This document shows positions 1 to 12,759 of a DNA stretch of 64,000 bases, in pieces (the first letter of the stretch is position 1; every line of letters begins with the position of its first letter). Location of the stretch: the NCBI GenBank assembly GCA_964016885.1, contig OZ024741.1, forward strand, positions 108,872,001 through 108,936,000, in the 5' to 3' direction. Below the pieces are notes generated by a model, which was not told the origin of the DNA, did not search any database, and saw only the letters and a program-made list of their open reading frames with translations. Both the position numbers and the translations under genes were made by a program. This stretch comes from Eledone cirrhosa (Eukaryota).

Positions 1-200
1 GGAAGAAAGGGAGAGGAAGAAAGTGGGGTAAGAGTAGATAGGGAGAAGGGGAGAGGAAGAAAGAGGGGTGAGAGTAGAAAGTGTCGAAATAGGTAGGTAG
101 AAGGATATATATATATATACGTATGCATGTATGTAAAAGGTAAACGGAAATAACAACACAATCGGTACAGTATATGGAAGGGATATATTAGGTTAACGCT

Positions 201-271
<71 letters not shown>

Positions 272-914
272 TGTGCGTGTATTTATGTATATATGCATAT
301 ATGAGTATTTTGTATGTATCTGTCTATATATATATATATTTATGTGTATATTATTAGAGGTTGCTTGAATGAAATCTTTGAATTTCAAGTTCAGATTTTG
401 ATATATATTAACTGCAAAATATTAGAAGCTTCATTTAAATTAGCACAAAACAAAAACATTTTCGATACATCTACTGGTGCAAATTAGGTTCTTTCTCTTT
501 GGGGTTTGATAATTGGGCCATAGTCTCCTATTTAATTTTTTTTTCTATGTTGAATAGATCCTGGATTTGTAGTTCTGTGTATTTCATAAATTATAGTCAT
601 GTGACCCTCAAAGACTTTCAAAATGAAAAAATAAATAAAGAGAGCAAAACAAAATGCATAAACACTTTAAATAAGTTTTTTTCAGTAAATCCCAGTATAG
701 TAGTTGCCCCGAAGTTTCGAATAGGATGCATTTTCAGATGAATGAAAGTTGATTTTATTTTTTTGATTTGAAATAAATATTTTCACATAAATCTATTGAA
801 TTTGGTAGTAAATACATTTATGGCACACTGTTACAGTTGTTGTTATTGTGATTTGTTGTTATCAAATACTGCTGCTATATCTTCCAGCCTCATTGTTGAA
901 GGACTAATCAAAAT

Positions 915-1692
915 GGATGTTTATCCCTCCTTCCTGAAACAGTACGGAGTACCTCGGCCCTTGGGATGGTGTCTACATTTTGTGCTTATAAAAAAAATTC
1001 GTCGTAGATTACCAGGGATTTAACTTAATTGGGTGCCTGAGAGTAAAATGTTCAACCCACGAAAGCCAAGACGATAGGGTTAAGTAAAATGGCATTCGAC
1101 AAACCGAACATGTATTTGTTGTGCTATGGTACAATGAAAGCAATAGCTACAGAGCAGTAAGCATGTGGGACTTCAGTGGTGGAGAGCATGAAGGAATTTA
1201 GTTGGATACTTTTAAGGTTACAGATTACAGGTCATAACGCAACCAAAATGGTAAACAATGCGGTCCCCGGGCAAAACTTTTAAATCTTTTTCAGTCAAGA
1301 GAATTTGTGAAACATATGTAAAGTTTTAAAACAATCGGTTGGGTACTTCTCGAGTTAAAGGCCCTAACGCAACGAAAACGCTTCAAAATCGGTTTTTCGC
1401 CTAATGCGGTCCCTGGATAAAAAAAAAAAGAAAATCTTTTAGGCTCAAAATACTTTAAACGACATAAGAATGCAAATCTTGAAGAAATTTTGAAGAAATC
1501 GCCTCGATTATTGTTCCGTTATGCCTAAAATATGCGGTTGTTCGCCTAATGCGCTCGCTAGGACATTGAAAATTTGAAATATTTTTTGGACAAAACACAC
1601 ACGATCATAAGTATTACATGTGTAAAGTTTTAAAAAGGTTGGTTGGGTGGTTCTCGAGTTTTAGGGGGACAGACAGACATTCTCTGTTTTAG

Positions 1693-1700
<8 letters not shown>
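915..1700 (-). mobile_element. Partial non-autonomous Helitron-like element
   Basis: Right end (GACAGACAGACATTCTCTGTTTTAGATATATA) matches the 5' end of the Helitron at 20745-23089. The segment ATGTTTATCCCTCCTTCCTGAAACAG also resembles ~20792. No CTAG end seen. Confidence 0.5.
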
Positions 1701-1723
<23 letters not shown>

Positions 1724-1831
1724 CGCGCGCGCGTGTGTGTGTGTGTGCATATATATATATATATAGTAATAATAATAAATGTGAAGACTAAAATTCTTTC
1801 CTTAATCTTTAATCTGTTATTTTAATATATA

Positions 1832-2435
1832 CTAGCAGAATGGCTCGGCGTTGCTTGGGATTTGCTCTAGGATTCTTATATATTTGATATATATTTATCC
1901 CTACCGAGCCTCGTGAAATAAATACGTTTGTTTATATTTTATTATTGTGTATGCAAAAATATATATATTAAAATAAGAGAATAAAGTTTAAGCAAAAAAT
2001 CGCTGCTTTCACCCTTAACGGGATCTTCTGAAACTAAAAATATCAATCTGTGAACGCAGAAGTAAATATTTTGAAAAACGTTACACACTATATATATACA
2101 CAGACACACTATGTATATACATATATACACACACACAAACACACACACGCACACATATATATAGCGTCATAATGTCGTAATGCAGACTGCCAGGCATACA
2201 AACAGATATTATAAGGGCGCAACGTTATATCTATGTATCTATCTAAAAAGAAAGACTAAGAATTATAGAGAGAGATCGCTAAATCACCTAATGCGGTCCA
2301 TAGAGCATTGAAAATTTGAAAATTTGCTCAAAACACTCACAGGATCATAAGTATTACATGTCTAAAGTTTGAAAACAATCGGATGGGTGGTTCTCGAGTT
2401 TTAGTGATCGGACAGAGAGATAGACAGACACTCTC

Positions 2436-2450
<15 letters not shown>
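1832..2450 (-). mobile_element. Non-autonomous Helitron
   Basis: Minus strand ends CCCAAGCAACGCCGAGCCATTCTGCTAG|T (subterminal hairpin plus CTAG). Collinear with 20745-23089 once that copy's insertions are removed. Confidence 0.7.
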
Positions 2451-2505
<55 letters not shown>

Positions 2506-2639
2506 AATGTAATCTGAGTATTTTTCGAATAGTAATAATAACATTCGATTCGTTTGCAATTATGCAAACAAGCTTCAATTTTATAGCCATGTCAGTAGAA
2601 TGAACCCTTCATTCTTGCTCTTGTGTTGGCATGTGAACA

Positions 2640-2689
2640 GAACTGCAGACACTAATGTTTCTGGGTATCACCCTTCATCAGTACAGCTC
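2640..2689 (-). ncRNA. Type I hammerhead ribozyme motif
   Basis: GAGCUGUA-CUGAUGA-A-GGGU gau ACCC-A-GAAA-CA uuag UG-UC|UGCAGUUC: 8-bp stem I, canonical core, GUC cleavage triplet. Confidence 0.8.
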
Positions 2690-2965
2690 ACTATTCACCT
2701 GCCAAACTCTCAGAGCTAGTGAAAATATATGCTATTTTCAAAAATACACAATGACTGATATTTTCACATAGCTCTGACAGTTTGGCAGGTGAACAGTGAG
2801 CTGTACTGATGAAGAGTGGTTCCCCAAAACATTAGTGTCTGCAGTTGTGTTCACATTCCAACACAAGAGCAAGAATGAAGGGTTCATTCTACTGACATGG
2901 CTATGAAATTGAGGCTTGTTTGCATAATTGCAAACGAATCGAATGTTATTATTAATATTCGAAAA

Positions 2966-3152
2966 GGGCGGTGGATTGGCAGTATCGGTAGAGTGTCGGA
3001 CGCCATACTTTGCAGCAAAGAGTTACGGTCCTTTATGGTCTGAGTTCAAATCCCGCCGAGGTTAACTTTACCTTTCATCCTTACAGGGTCGATAAAATAA
3101 AGTACCAGTAATACACTGGATAATTGTTGGCCTTGTGCCAAAAGTAGAAACA
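2966..3152 (+). mobile_element. Full-length tRNA-derived SINE (family 1)
   Basis: A-box-like TGGCAGTATCGG, B-box GAGTTCAAATCC, conserved body GTCGATAAAATAAAGTACCAGT. 18-bp TSD ATTATTAATATTCGAAAA at 2948-2965 and 3153-3170. Confidence 0.9.
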
Positions 3153-3215
3153 ATTATTAATATTCGAAAAACTCAGATTACATTTATTGTATTCAGCCAT
3201 GTAGAGCGAAAATTT

Positions 3216-3289
<74 letters not shown>

Positions 3290-3349
3290 GAGGTTTTTTT
3301 GAACAAAATGAAAAATAACCGAGGTGTCCTACACGAGTGAAAGTATAAA

Positions 3350-3626
3350 GAAAAAGAGATGAAATCGAAAATGCAACTGGAGTCTTATTTTTTTTTTAAA
3401 TATATATATTTATTTGGTTCCTTTACCGGTTTCGCAGTTCTTCTGCTTTTCAAAGGGTGAGTTGAGGTGGAGGGTCTGTGGTTTTTCTCGAGAAAAACCA
3501 CAGACCCTCAATCTCAACTCACCTTTTGAAAAGCAGAAGAACTGCGAAACCGGTAAAGGAACCAAATAAATATATATATTTAAAAAAAAAATAAGACTCC
3601 AGTTGCATTTTCGATTTCATCTCTTT

Positions 3627-3630
<4 letters not shown>
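3350..3630. repeat. Near-perfect palindrome with HHR variant
   Basis: 140-bp arms centred on CTC|GAG (3489/3490), no spacer, between (TA)n tracts. Confidence 0.9.
3522..3559 (+). ncRNA. Minimal HHR with U3-A8 core
   Basis: CCUU-UUGAAAA-GCAG aagaa CUGC-GAAA-CCGG-UA|AAGG; palindromic stem III ACCGGU. Confidence 0.65.
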
Positions 3631-3662
<32 letters not shown>

Positions 3663-3971
3663 CTCATTGAATGGATTGTACCTGTAATTCAAAGGTCCAG
3701 CTTTATTACATGTGACACTTAGCTTGGATGGACATGTCTGTAGAATAGTGAGTCACATGTTAACTTAATGAGTTAAAATATATACCAGACCCTGCAGCAA
3801 ACTACCAGGAGGTTGGGTCACCGGTTGATGGGCGACCAGAATCAAACCAAATTCCAAATTCTTACCAATGTGTCTGAACACGGACGAGCCAAACTCCCAT
3901 TGTCATCGCCTCCATCACTTCTGTCCTCCCCATCTCTCTGTAGTATAAGCAAAGGATGTCCCACGTGTTGG

Positions 3972-4190
3972 CTACCCCACAGCCCAGGAGGACAGAATGG
4001 AGAAAGTGTTTCCCCGGAGGATGGTCAGGGAGATGCGCTGGAAGAGCCGTTCCATCTCGCGAGGCTCACACCTGCGGCTGGCCAGCTCAGCGCCTATGGT
4101 GGTAAGGAGTGTGGTAGCCCTAGGTCTAAGGACACCAGAAGTCTCCACTGCCAAGGGCACGATCGCAAACCTGTCGGAGAGCGACCGGTG
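3972..4190 (-). mobile_element. 3' fragment of CRE-like (restriction-like endonuclease) non-LTR retrotransposon
   Basis: Translation PLAVETSGVL...LFQRISLTILRGNTFSIL resembles the CRE-clade C-terminal P-x-AVET-x-G ... QR-x-S-x4-RGN motif. Confidence 0.7.
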
Positions 4191-4237
4191 TATATATATA
4201 TATATAGAGAGAGAGAGAGAAAAAGAGTCAGATTACT

Positions 4238-4325
4238 CTTTACCCACTCTACTACCCTAAGTATGGAGTACTCTGGTGCGTTATGTTATGGTCCGCCTGG
4301 TATCTTACCACACATTCTTTGTTAT
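4238..4325 (+). mobile_element. Family B terminal repeat fragment
   Basis: ACCCACTCTACTACCCTAAGTA...TTACCAC shared with 12568, 15250, 43840 and 57470. Confidence 0.7.
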
Positions 4326-4345
4326 ATATATATATATATATATAA

Positions 4346-4425
<80 letters not shown>

Positions 4426-5181
4426 AGAGTGGGGTAGGGAGAGAGAGATAGATTGATAAAATTCAACGTAAAGTGTGTAATGTGTCTGGCTAAATATTTG
4501 ATCTGTCTATATATTTACCAACCTACGTATCTATCAATTTCCCCATATATCACATTTTACACTATATTTACTATTTCTTGTCTTTTTTTTCTTTAAATCT
4601 AGCACGACGTACCTGTTATCAGCATACAAACAATTGAAATCATGTTCCATGACTTTGCTTCTATGTCTTAAGGAACGTATTTGGTTTTTATCTCTCTTGA
4701 GGTATATAAACTTTCGAAATAATCTCTACGTATTCAATTACATCTTTGTTTATTACTAACTATTTTTATTTTCACTTATTCTTCTTGTTTCGTTTAACTT
4801 CCTTCATTACCCTACCTACATGATTTTCTTTTTTCGCTTGCTTCATGAAAAAGTTGCAATAAGCCAATTTTATTCATATTACTTTAGTACATCAATGAAG
4901 AAAACTGTAAACCTTAAAGAATGTGGCATAGTTTGTTTGTAGTTAAATGGTTGCAGTCATTTGCTTGCGGCCGTTCTGGGGCAACATTTTCATGCCAAAT
5001 CAAATAGTTTTTTTCAGTCTCTTACATATATTAGCGTTCTCTGTTGATTGCATCGAGAGATTAAACTTTGACAAAAGTTAAACCGCAACGAGCTGCACAG
5101 GTAATCATAAGTGCACAAACAAACACATACACAAATATAATCTCGTTTTCTGGATGTCAAAGCGAAATCTCTCACACACAC

Positions 5182-5248
<67 letters not shown>

Positions 5249-6388
5249 TTACACATGTATATATACGTGTGCGTGTGTGTGACAGAGTCGTTGACCTACA
5301 GTTTCCGTCTACCAAATTACACTCAGATTTTGGACAATCTGATTCCACAGTAGAAAATTCTAGCCCAAAGGAGTGCAGAGTTGTACAGGAGCTGGAATGT
5401 GTAATAGCAGAACAAATATCTCAACTGTACGCATTTGCATGGTCCTATTTTCTAAAATATCAGCGTAAAAATGATCTAGTCGCATTTTCTCCACAATAAA
5501 ATTTTACGAATTTTAATTCCTGGATATATAAAATTCATCATGATTTAAAAACGTCTAGCATATTAAAAACAAACTCTATTTAACTGAACACCAACGCTTA
5601 GTATTTTACAGTATTCAGCCATTATACTGTGAACTTGATGCTGCATCACTAATAGACAACAATTTTCGAGATTTATTTTTTACCTTTTCATTATGTACTC
5701 CATACCAGAATAAAAATCTGAAATTGCGTTTTGGTTAATTCAATATGTTTTCCTTGGATGGAAAAAGAAAATAATATATTTTTGATTTGTTATGTCACGT
5801 ATTTCAAAATATCATATGTTTAATTTTGTTCTTCAACAATACACAATGTATTTCCGTTTAGTTGCCAAAGGGGTGACTTTATTATTTTGTTAGTTGAAAA
5901 TTTAATTTCTGATTTTATTCAATTGCATTCCCTTCTTGTTTATTCTACTGGAAAAGAAACAAATAAATGATAAATCAATTATTTCCCCTTTTTATTTCTT
6001 CTCCAATTTCTGGTGCGTTGTTTAAATTTATATTAAAATTGTCTTTTAATCACGTACATCGATATAAGATATCTGGTCAGGTGATTTCTGTAGATTAAAA
6101 GGTTATCACTTGCCAGTGTTGATTGTCTTCTATGATAGGAGCCATAAACATGGCTGTTGGCATATTTCGCAAATTTCGATTCTCATTGCTGTCTTCCATA
6201 AGCTGATGACATTTCATACAATTCAATCAAATCATTATTGGCGACACATTTTATGGGGAAAATATCAATACAGCAAATCATCGATTAATAGTTAACACTG
6301 ATAATGAAAAGGTCAAAAGGTGTTTCAAGTAAACATCCACACGCACACAACCACACATTCAAACTTATATATATATATACATATGTAC

Positions 6389-6514
<126 letters not shown>

Positions 6515-6726
6515 ATGATAATAATGGAGCTGCGGTGCTGCAAATGGGTTACATATGAAAAAGTTGGTCCTCATCAAGGCCATCCAACCGTCGTAGGCAT
6601 TTCGTCGCATTAAAGGCCATATACCTCAGGTTGGTGCGAGCAACGGCTAAAAAAAAGTCGTTGGGACACGTAAATAAAGGGGACGCTAGGGTAAACAAAC
6701 AAAATGGTTTAAGCAGCAGAAAGTGA

Positions 6727-6845
<119 letters not shown>

Positions 6846-7038
6846 AGAAATGTCGAAATCCAAACAGACTATTTACAATGACCATAGCGTCAGAAAATCG
6901 CGTAAAATACGCTTAGAGACAGAAAATAAGCATTTTACTCTAATCGCCATCGTTATGATCATTGTAGCGAAATTGTGTTTGGATTTCAGCAATTCTAATT
7001 TCAAATAACTCAATCGCCTCACTAAAAATCCTTCAGAC

Positions 7039-7321
<283 letters not shown>

Positions 7322-7553
7322 GTGTGTGTTTGTGTATGGAATTTTGTATCCCGATAGCTTTATGTGCTAAGCAAGGAAGATACTAGCCGTTTCAAACGGC
7401 GGAAATATGAGTACTTTAAGGTTTTCATATTTTGGGCTGTTGAAACATTAATTCCACTCTAAATTAACGGCTATGGCATCTCGCCGTGAACGTTGCTTCA
7501 CAATTCATCCTGTGCTTGTGCTCCTGATTAATTCATTGAACAAATTGGATATA

Positions 7554-7596
<43 letters not shown>

Positions 7597-7760
7597 GTGT
7601 CGGGATCCCGATGGCTGAGCCCATGTCGTTTCAACAGCTAGATTTGAACAGTTCGGAATTAGCCGAGGTCATGACTCTTTCAATTTACTACACTCATCTA
7701 CCCAAGTATCGAGTACTCTGGCGAGTAATGATCTAACAAGTACGTAATGCATCCATTTTG

Positions 7761-7796
<36 letters not shown>

Positions 7797-7802
<6 letters not shown>

Positions 7803-8480
7803 ATACTTTGGGAGAGTCATGTTGCCAATAAGAAACACACGCACCAGTTGCTTTCACTTCAATTTATTATAATAAATTTATAATAAATTTATAAATTTAT
7901 AAATTTCTGGTTGGTTGGTTGGTTCCACAACCAGATAGTTGTTTATACATAGTCATAGTTCTTTCGTCACACACTCATAGAAAAAAATGAGTGGAACAGC
8001 AACATCACAACTTACAATTAAGGACAAAATGAAAACACACACACACATAGCACAAACAACCAACCAGTAATATGTAAATAAACAAATAAATAAATGAACA
8101 TAAACACACACAGACACCCGGATGTGGCGCATGCGCAGACTGAGCACACAACACACACACAGAAACAAAATGGCGTAGGACAGAACAAAAGAGAGGCACA
8201 GAAACAAAGAAAGGAATCCCCAGTCACTGAAGAGGTCACAGAGTGTGTGACGAAAGAACTATGACTATGTATAAACAACTATCTGGTTGTGGAACCAACC
8301 AACCAACCAGAAATTTATAAATTTATAAATTTATTATAAATTTATTATAATAAAATGAAGTGAAAGCAACTGGTGCGTGTGTTTCTTATTGGCAACATGG
8401 CCCTCCCAAAGTATAACAATATCGGTTTCAACACACGATTTCAGATAAAGAATCTTGCTAAACAAATTCAGAAACGAAAT
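7797..8480. mobile_element. PLE family A: inverted pair of terminal repeats, no ORF
   Basis: 7797-7975 is the reverse complement of ~8240-8420. Nearly identical to the termini of the GIY-YIG PLEs at 15347 and 38484. (TA)n on both sides. Confidence 0.85.
8222..8266 (+). ncRNA. Minimal HHR (family A)
   Basis: AGUCA-CUGAAGA-G-GUCACA gagug UGUGAC-GAAA-GAAC-UA|UGACU. Further copies at ~15558-15601 (-), ~16665-16710 (+) and 38630-38674 (-). Confidence 0.7.
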
Positions 8481-8510
8481 ATATATATATATATATACAT
8501 ATATATGTAT

Positions 8511-8690
8511 AAGTTTTAATATAGATGAGATTCTACAGGACTAGAACTGTTTCAGGAATGATTTCTCAAGAATGAAACAGTTCTAGTCCTGTAGAATCTC
8601 ATCTATATTAAAACTGTTATACTCTGCTATGTATTGAGTACCTTACTTACTGTGGTTACCTCCGATTCAACCCGGAATAACTTACCTATA
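8511..8690. mobile_element. Family C short fold-back element
   Basis: Arms 8511-8554 and 8572-8615. Homologous, in inverted orientation, to 45875-46070. Confidence 0.8.
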
Positions 8691-8709
8691 TATAATATAT
8701 ATATATAAA

Positions 8710-9121
8710 TTATTCAAAATATTAATAAATAAAGACCTTCACATAATCAAAATATTTGTTTTATTATATATATTTCGGAGGTATTGTGCTGTTTTTTCAG
8801 TACGTGCCCATCAGATAAAATACATGAATTGATGTATGACATACGTCAACTGTCTCGATGGTTCAATTCCAGTATTGGCAGTGATTTATTACAACAAATC
8901 TCATTATTTATATACCACAAATAATAACATGATAAACATAAATAAGATGAAGAAGTGGATGTGGAGCGAGATATAACTATAAGGAGGGGGTGAGTATGAG
9001 AAAATGTAAGAAGAAATAAACACGTACATAAATATTTAAATGTTAGGGAGAAAAAGAAAGAGAGAGAGAGAGATAGAAGAGAAGAAAGAAGAAGAAAGAA
9101 GAAAGAAGAGAAGATAGAAGA

Positions 9122-9173
<52 letters not shown>

Positions 9174-10226
9174 AAGAGAGAGAGAGGGAAGAGAGAAGAA
9201 AAAGACGTAACTTCAAAAAGGAAAGAAAGAAAGAAAGAAGGACGAAAGAGACACGATGCGTGACCGTTGTTTTCAAATATTAAGTCAATAGAAGCGACCA
9301 ATTAAATACCATGAAATTTTTTTAATAACTAATGAATTGAACTGTTTTTTAATGAAAAAAGAATAATTCGGATAATAATTCTAAACATTATATAAAATGC
9401 ATCTACTGATGGTGATATACACATAAGTTGTGGTAAGTATGTGTAAGGATATTTAAATAATAGGTATTTAAACTTGCTTTATAGATAAATATGTTTTTGA
9501 ATTTCGTAACAAAATATTTAATATATATATTAATTAAACTATGCTTCTGATTATTATAGAAAAAAATATTTTTATATTGTTTAATTTTAATATAATATAT
9601 TAGTATAATTAGCTTAAACATAACCAAATACAAACGATATAAAAAAAATGTCATGGTATATTAAAAAAAGTATATGGCATTTAATTGGTCGCTTCTATTG
9701 ATTTAATATTTGAAAACAACGGTCACGCATCGTGTCTCTTTCTCCCTTCTTTCTTTCCTTCCCTTTTGCAGTTACGTCTTTCCTCTTATCTCTTCTATCT
9801 CTCTCTCTCTCCTTCTTCTATCTTATCTTCTTTCTTTTCTCTTCTTCTTTCTTCTCTTCTATCTATCTCTCTCTCTTTCTTTTTCTTCCCTAACATTTAA
9901 ATATTTATGTATGTGTTTATTTCTTCTTACATTTTCTCATACTCACCCCCTCCTTATACTTATATCTCGCTCCACATCCTCTTCTTCATCATATTTATGT
10001 TTATCATGTTATTATTCGTGGTATATAAATATTGAAATTTGTTGTAATAAATCACTGCCAATACTGGAATTGGACCATCAAGACCGTTGACGTATGTCAT
10101 ACATCAATTCATGTATTTTATCTGATGAGATCATACTGAAAAAACAGCACAATACCTCCGAAATATATATAATAAAACATATATTTTGATTATATGAAGG
10201 TCTTTATTTATTAATATTTTGAATAA
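8710..10226. mobile_element. Inverted repeat, ~550-600 bp arms with ~360 bp AT-rich spacer
   Basis: 8710-9312 versus 9675-10226. HHR-like UUUUAU-CUGAUGA...GAAA-UAUAUA-UA|AUAAAA at 10116-10177 (+). Confidence 0.85.
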
Positions 10227-10432
10227 TATTAATAACTCCAGAAAACTTCACTGTAGAGTGCTTTTAATCTATTGTAAAACTATATTCAATTAACCATATT
10301 AATCTTTGGTTATATATATATATATATATACGTTAAGTATTTCCGTCTTATGAACGAACTAGACGTATGTTAATACTGTCTAGGGTCCTGATTGGAGTAG
10401 ATATATATTGTGTTCTTCACTTTCTATTTAAA

Positions 10433-10509
<77 letters not shown>

Positions 10510-10511
10510 CA

Positions 10512-10552
<41 letters not shown>

Positions 10553-10627
10553 TATATGTATATATATATTATATATGTATATATATAAATGTTTGTGTGT
10601 GTGCATGCGTGAGCATGTGTGTGTATG

Positions 10628-10804
10628 AAGGCACGCGGCTGAGTGGTTAGAGAATTGGATTCGCAATCGTGAGGTTCGATTCCCGGGTGATGCGTTATAT
10701 CCTTGGGCAAGACACTTTATTTCACGTTGCTCTTTCTATCTGGAGTTGCCACCGATAGAAAAACATTGTTTCCACAGTCTGATTTGATAAAAGTCGATCG
10801 ACTG

Positions 10805-10808
<4 letters not shown>
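10628..10808 (+). mobile_element. tRNA-derived SINE (family 2)
   Basis: Head GGCACGCGGCTGAGTGGTTAGA...GGTTCGATTCCCGG. Homologous to 43603-43820 (-). Confidence 0.8.
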
Positions 10809-10874
<66 letters not shown>

Positions 10875-10912
10875 TATATATACACACACATATATGAAAT
10901 ATATATATATAT

Positions 10913-11530
10913 ATAGTTGGAAATCACTGATGAAGGACTAATTCTTTTCATATGTAACCCATGTGCAACCACGCAGCACTCAATTCTTCTCATATTTTTA
11001 TATATATTTTTCCCCAGCTGCGTTTGTCTGTTTCTCTCTTACTACTTCCCCCCTCTCTCTGTATCCTTCACCTTCTTTCGCCCCATCTGTCAGTCACACT
11101 TTCTCTCGACTGGCCTCTTCCTCACACTTCCACTCACTCACTCTCTGCTTTTTCCCCTCTCACTTCCTCCCGTTTGGCCTGTGTGGGATCCTTTCTCTCT
11201 CACACCTCACGCACGTCGGATGGTCTGTATATCTCTCTCGCCCATGAAATTCACCCAGCTTAAGCTGAATAGATATCATGTGCTTGTTTCTTTCTATCTT
11301 TCCGTTGCTATACCATTTTTGTTTGTTTACTTGTCTCGCTCGCTTTACGAGATATTACTTGTCCCAATAGCTTTATGTAGCTGTTGTTCGCACCAACTGG
11401 AGGTATATGATTTTCAAAGCGATGAAATACCAATGATAGTTGGAAAATCACTGATGAAGGACTAATTTTTTTTTCATATGTAACCCATGTGCAACCACGC
11501 AGCACTCAATTCTTCTCATATTTTTATATA
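10913..11530 (+). mobile_element. Family F: ~525-bp unit bounded by ~95-bp direct repeats, non-coding
   Basis: 10913-11005 repeated at 11437-11530, each with CTGATGAAGGACTAAT. Interior is homologous to 59550-59985 (-); the repeat resembles 6525-6580 (-). Confidence 0.7.
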
Positions 11531-11705
11531 TATACAGATTCCATACACTGGTGGTTTTTCCCTGTTTTATTGATAGCGCACTGTATATCTCTCTCTGGTG
11601 CGTTACCTTTTCAACATATTGTATTTTAAAGAGCTCAGGATTTCTTCTCCGTTGAGCACATTATTTACAGGGAATTGCGAGGGCCTATGGCTCCGTTAAT
11701 TTATT

Positions 11706-11741
<36 letters not shown>

Positions 11742-11744
<3 letters not shown>

Positions 11745-12413
11745 TCCTTCTTCTTGGTTGTCCATCGTAAACGATGGTGACATCTTCTTTATTGTTGTTC
11801 CCGTCTGCCGTGGGCACGAAGTTGGCTGTGGAGGCCGTTCCTTGACTTGCAGGTCCGGGGACAGTGGGGGCAGGGGAAGAGACCGAAGTCAGACTGGCAA
11901 CTCCCAGAGCTTACCTCCACCTGTTACCTCCGCCTCTTGCCTATCGCCGCAGGGCTTTGGGAGTGCACGCTAAAGAAGAACCTGTGCGGGAAACGTTTAT
12001 AGTGGGAGAGTCAGTGCACAGTGACGGTCCCACTCACTCGGCCGTAGAATCCAGAATCCGGTGGTACGGAGAACCGTCACGACCAGGGTCTTCCTTGGCT
12101 GCAGTGGATGGCCACGACGTCTGTAGTCCCTTGCCGTGCAGTAGCGCTTCGCACCGCTTGCTGTCGCTGCCTTCGTGACCGTTGGGACGATGTTGTCCTC
12201 CCCCACTCACTCTGTCGGGGCCAGTCTTCGCATGCAGGGGCAGGCATCCCCTACCTATCTAACTCACTGGGGGGTTTCAGACCCGTCCGGCTACCCTCAA
12301 CCTGGTTCGGCCCGCTAGCCAAGGCGGTTTACCGGGGTGTGGCCGAAGTCGCATGCTACATCTTGGAGCCACAGGTGAGAGCTGAGTGTCAGGTGGGACC
12401 CAATGCAGGACGA
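11742..12413 (-). mobile_element. Non-autonomous LINE derivative (Ingi/Vingi- or RTE-type 5' UTR joined to a short 3' end)
   Basis: GC-rich block between (TA)n tracts. Minus strand contains GGCCACACCCCGG...AACCAGGTTGAGGGTAGCCG, recalled as LINE 5' UTR-like, and ends in an AAGAAGAAGGAGGA tail. Clade uncertain. Confidence 0.5.
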
Positions 12414-12471
12414 TATATATATAAATATAATATATAATATATATATATAAATATATATATAATATATATAT

Positions 12472-12567
<96 letters not shown>

Positions 12568-12570
<3 letters not shown>

Positions 12571-12743
12571 CGAAGGAAGTGTGGTAAGGAACCAAGTGGA
12601 CCAAGATGCACCAGAGTACTCAATACTTAGGGTAGTAGATTGGGTAATAGGAAAATGTTCAAGACACCGACGGCTATTTCTGGTCCAGAATTAGCTGTCA
12701 AAACGGCTTGAGCTCTGCCGTCGGGGTCTTGAACATTTTCCTA
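12568..12743. mobile_element. Family B fold-back element
   Basis: TAGGAAAATGTTCAAGAC...GTCTTGAACATTTTCCTA hairpin (12647-12743) joined to the family B tail on the minus strand. Confidence 0.8.
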
Positions 12744-12759
12744 CATATATATATGTCTC

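Larger units (their letters stand above)
2500..3190. mobile_element. Fold-back inverted repeat of an HHR-bearing PLE-type terminal repeat, interrupted by a SINE
   Basis: 2500-2730 is the reverse complement of 2755-2965 plus 3171-3190, with mismatches. Flanked by (TA)n. HHR in both arms; the right copy has GAAA changed to AAAA. Confidence 0.8.

Noticed and set aside
7797-8480. Inverted repeats as MITE/DNA-transposon TIRs
   Set aside because: Arms are unequal in length and endpoints, and match the terminal repeats of GIY-YIG PLEs.
10628-10690. tRNA gene
   Set aside because: No complete cloverleaf; continues into a SINE body that is repeated at 43.6 kb.
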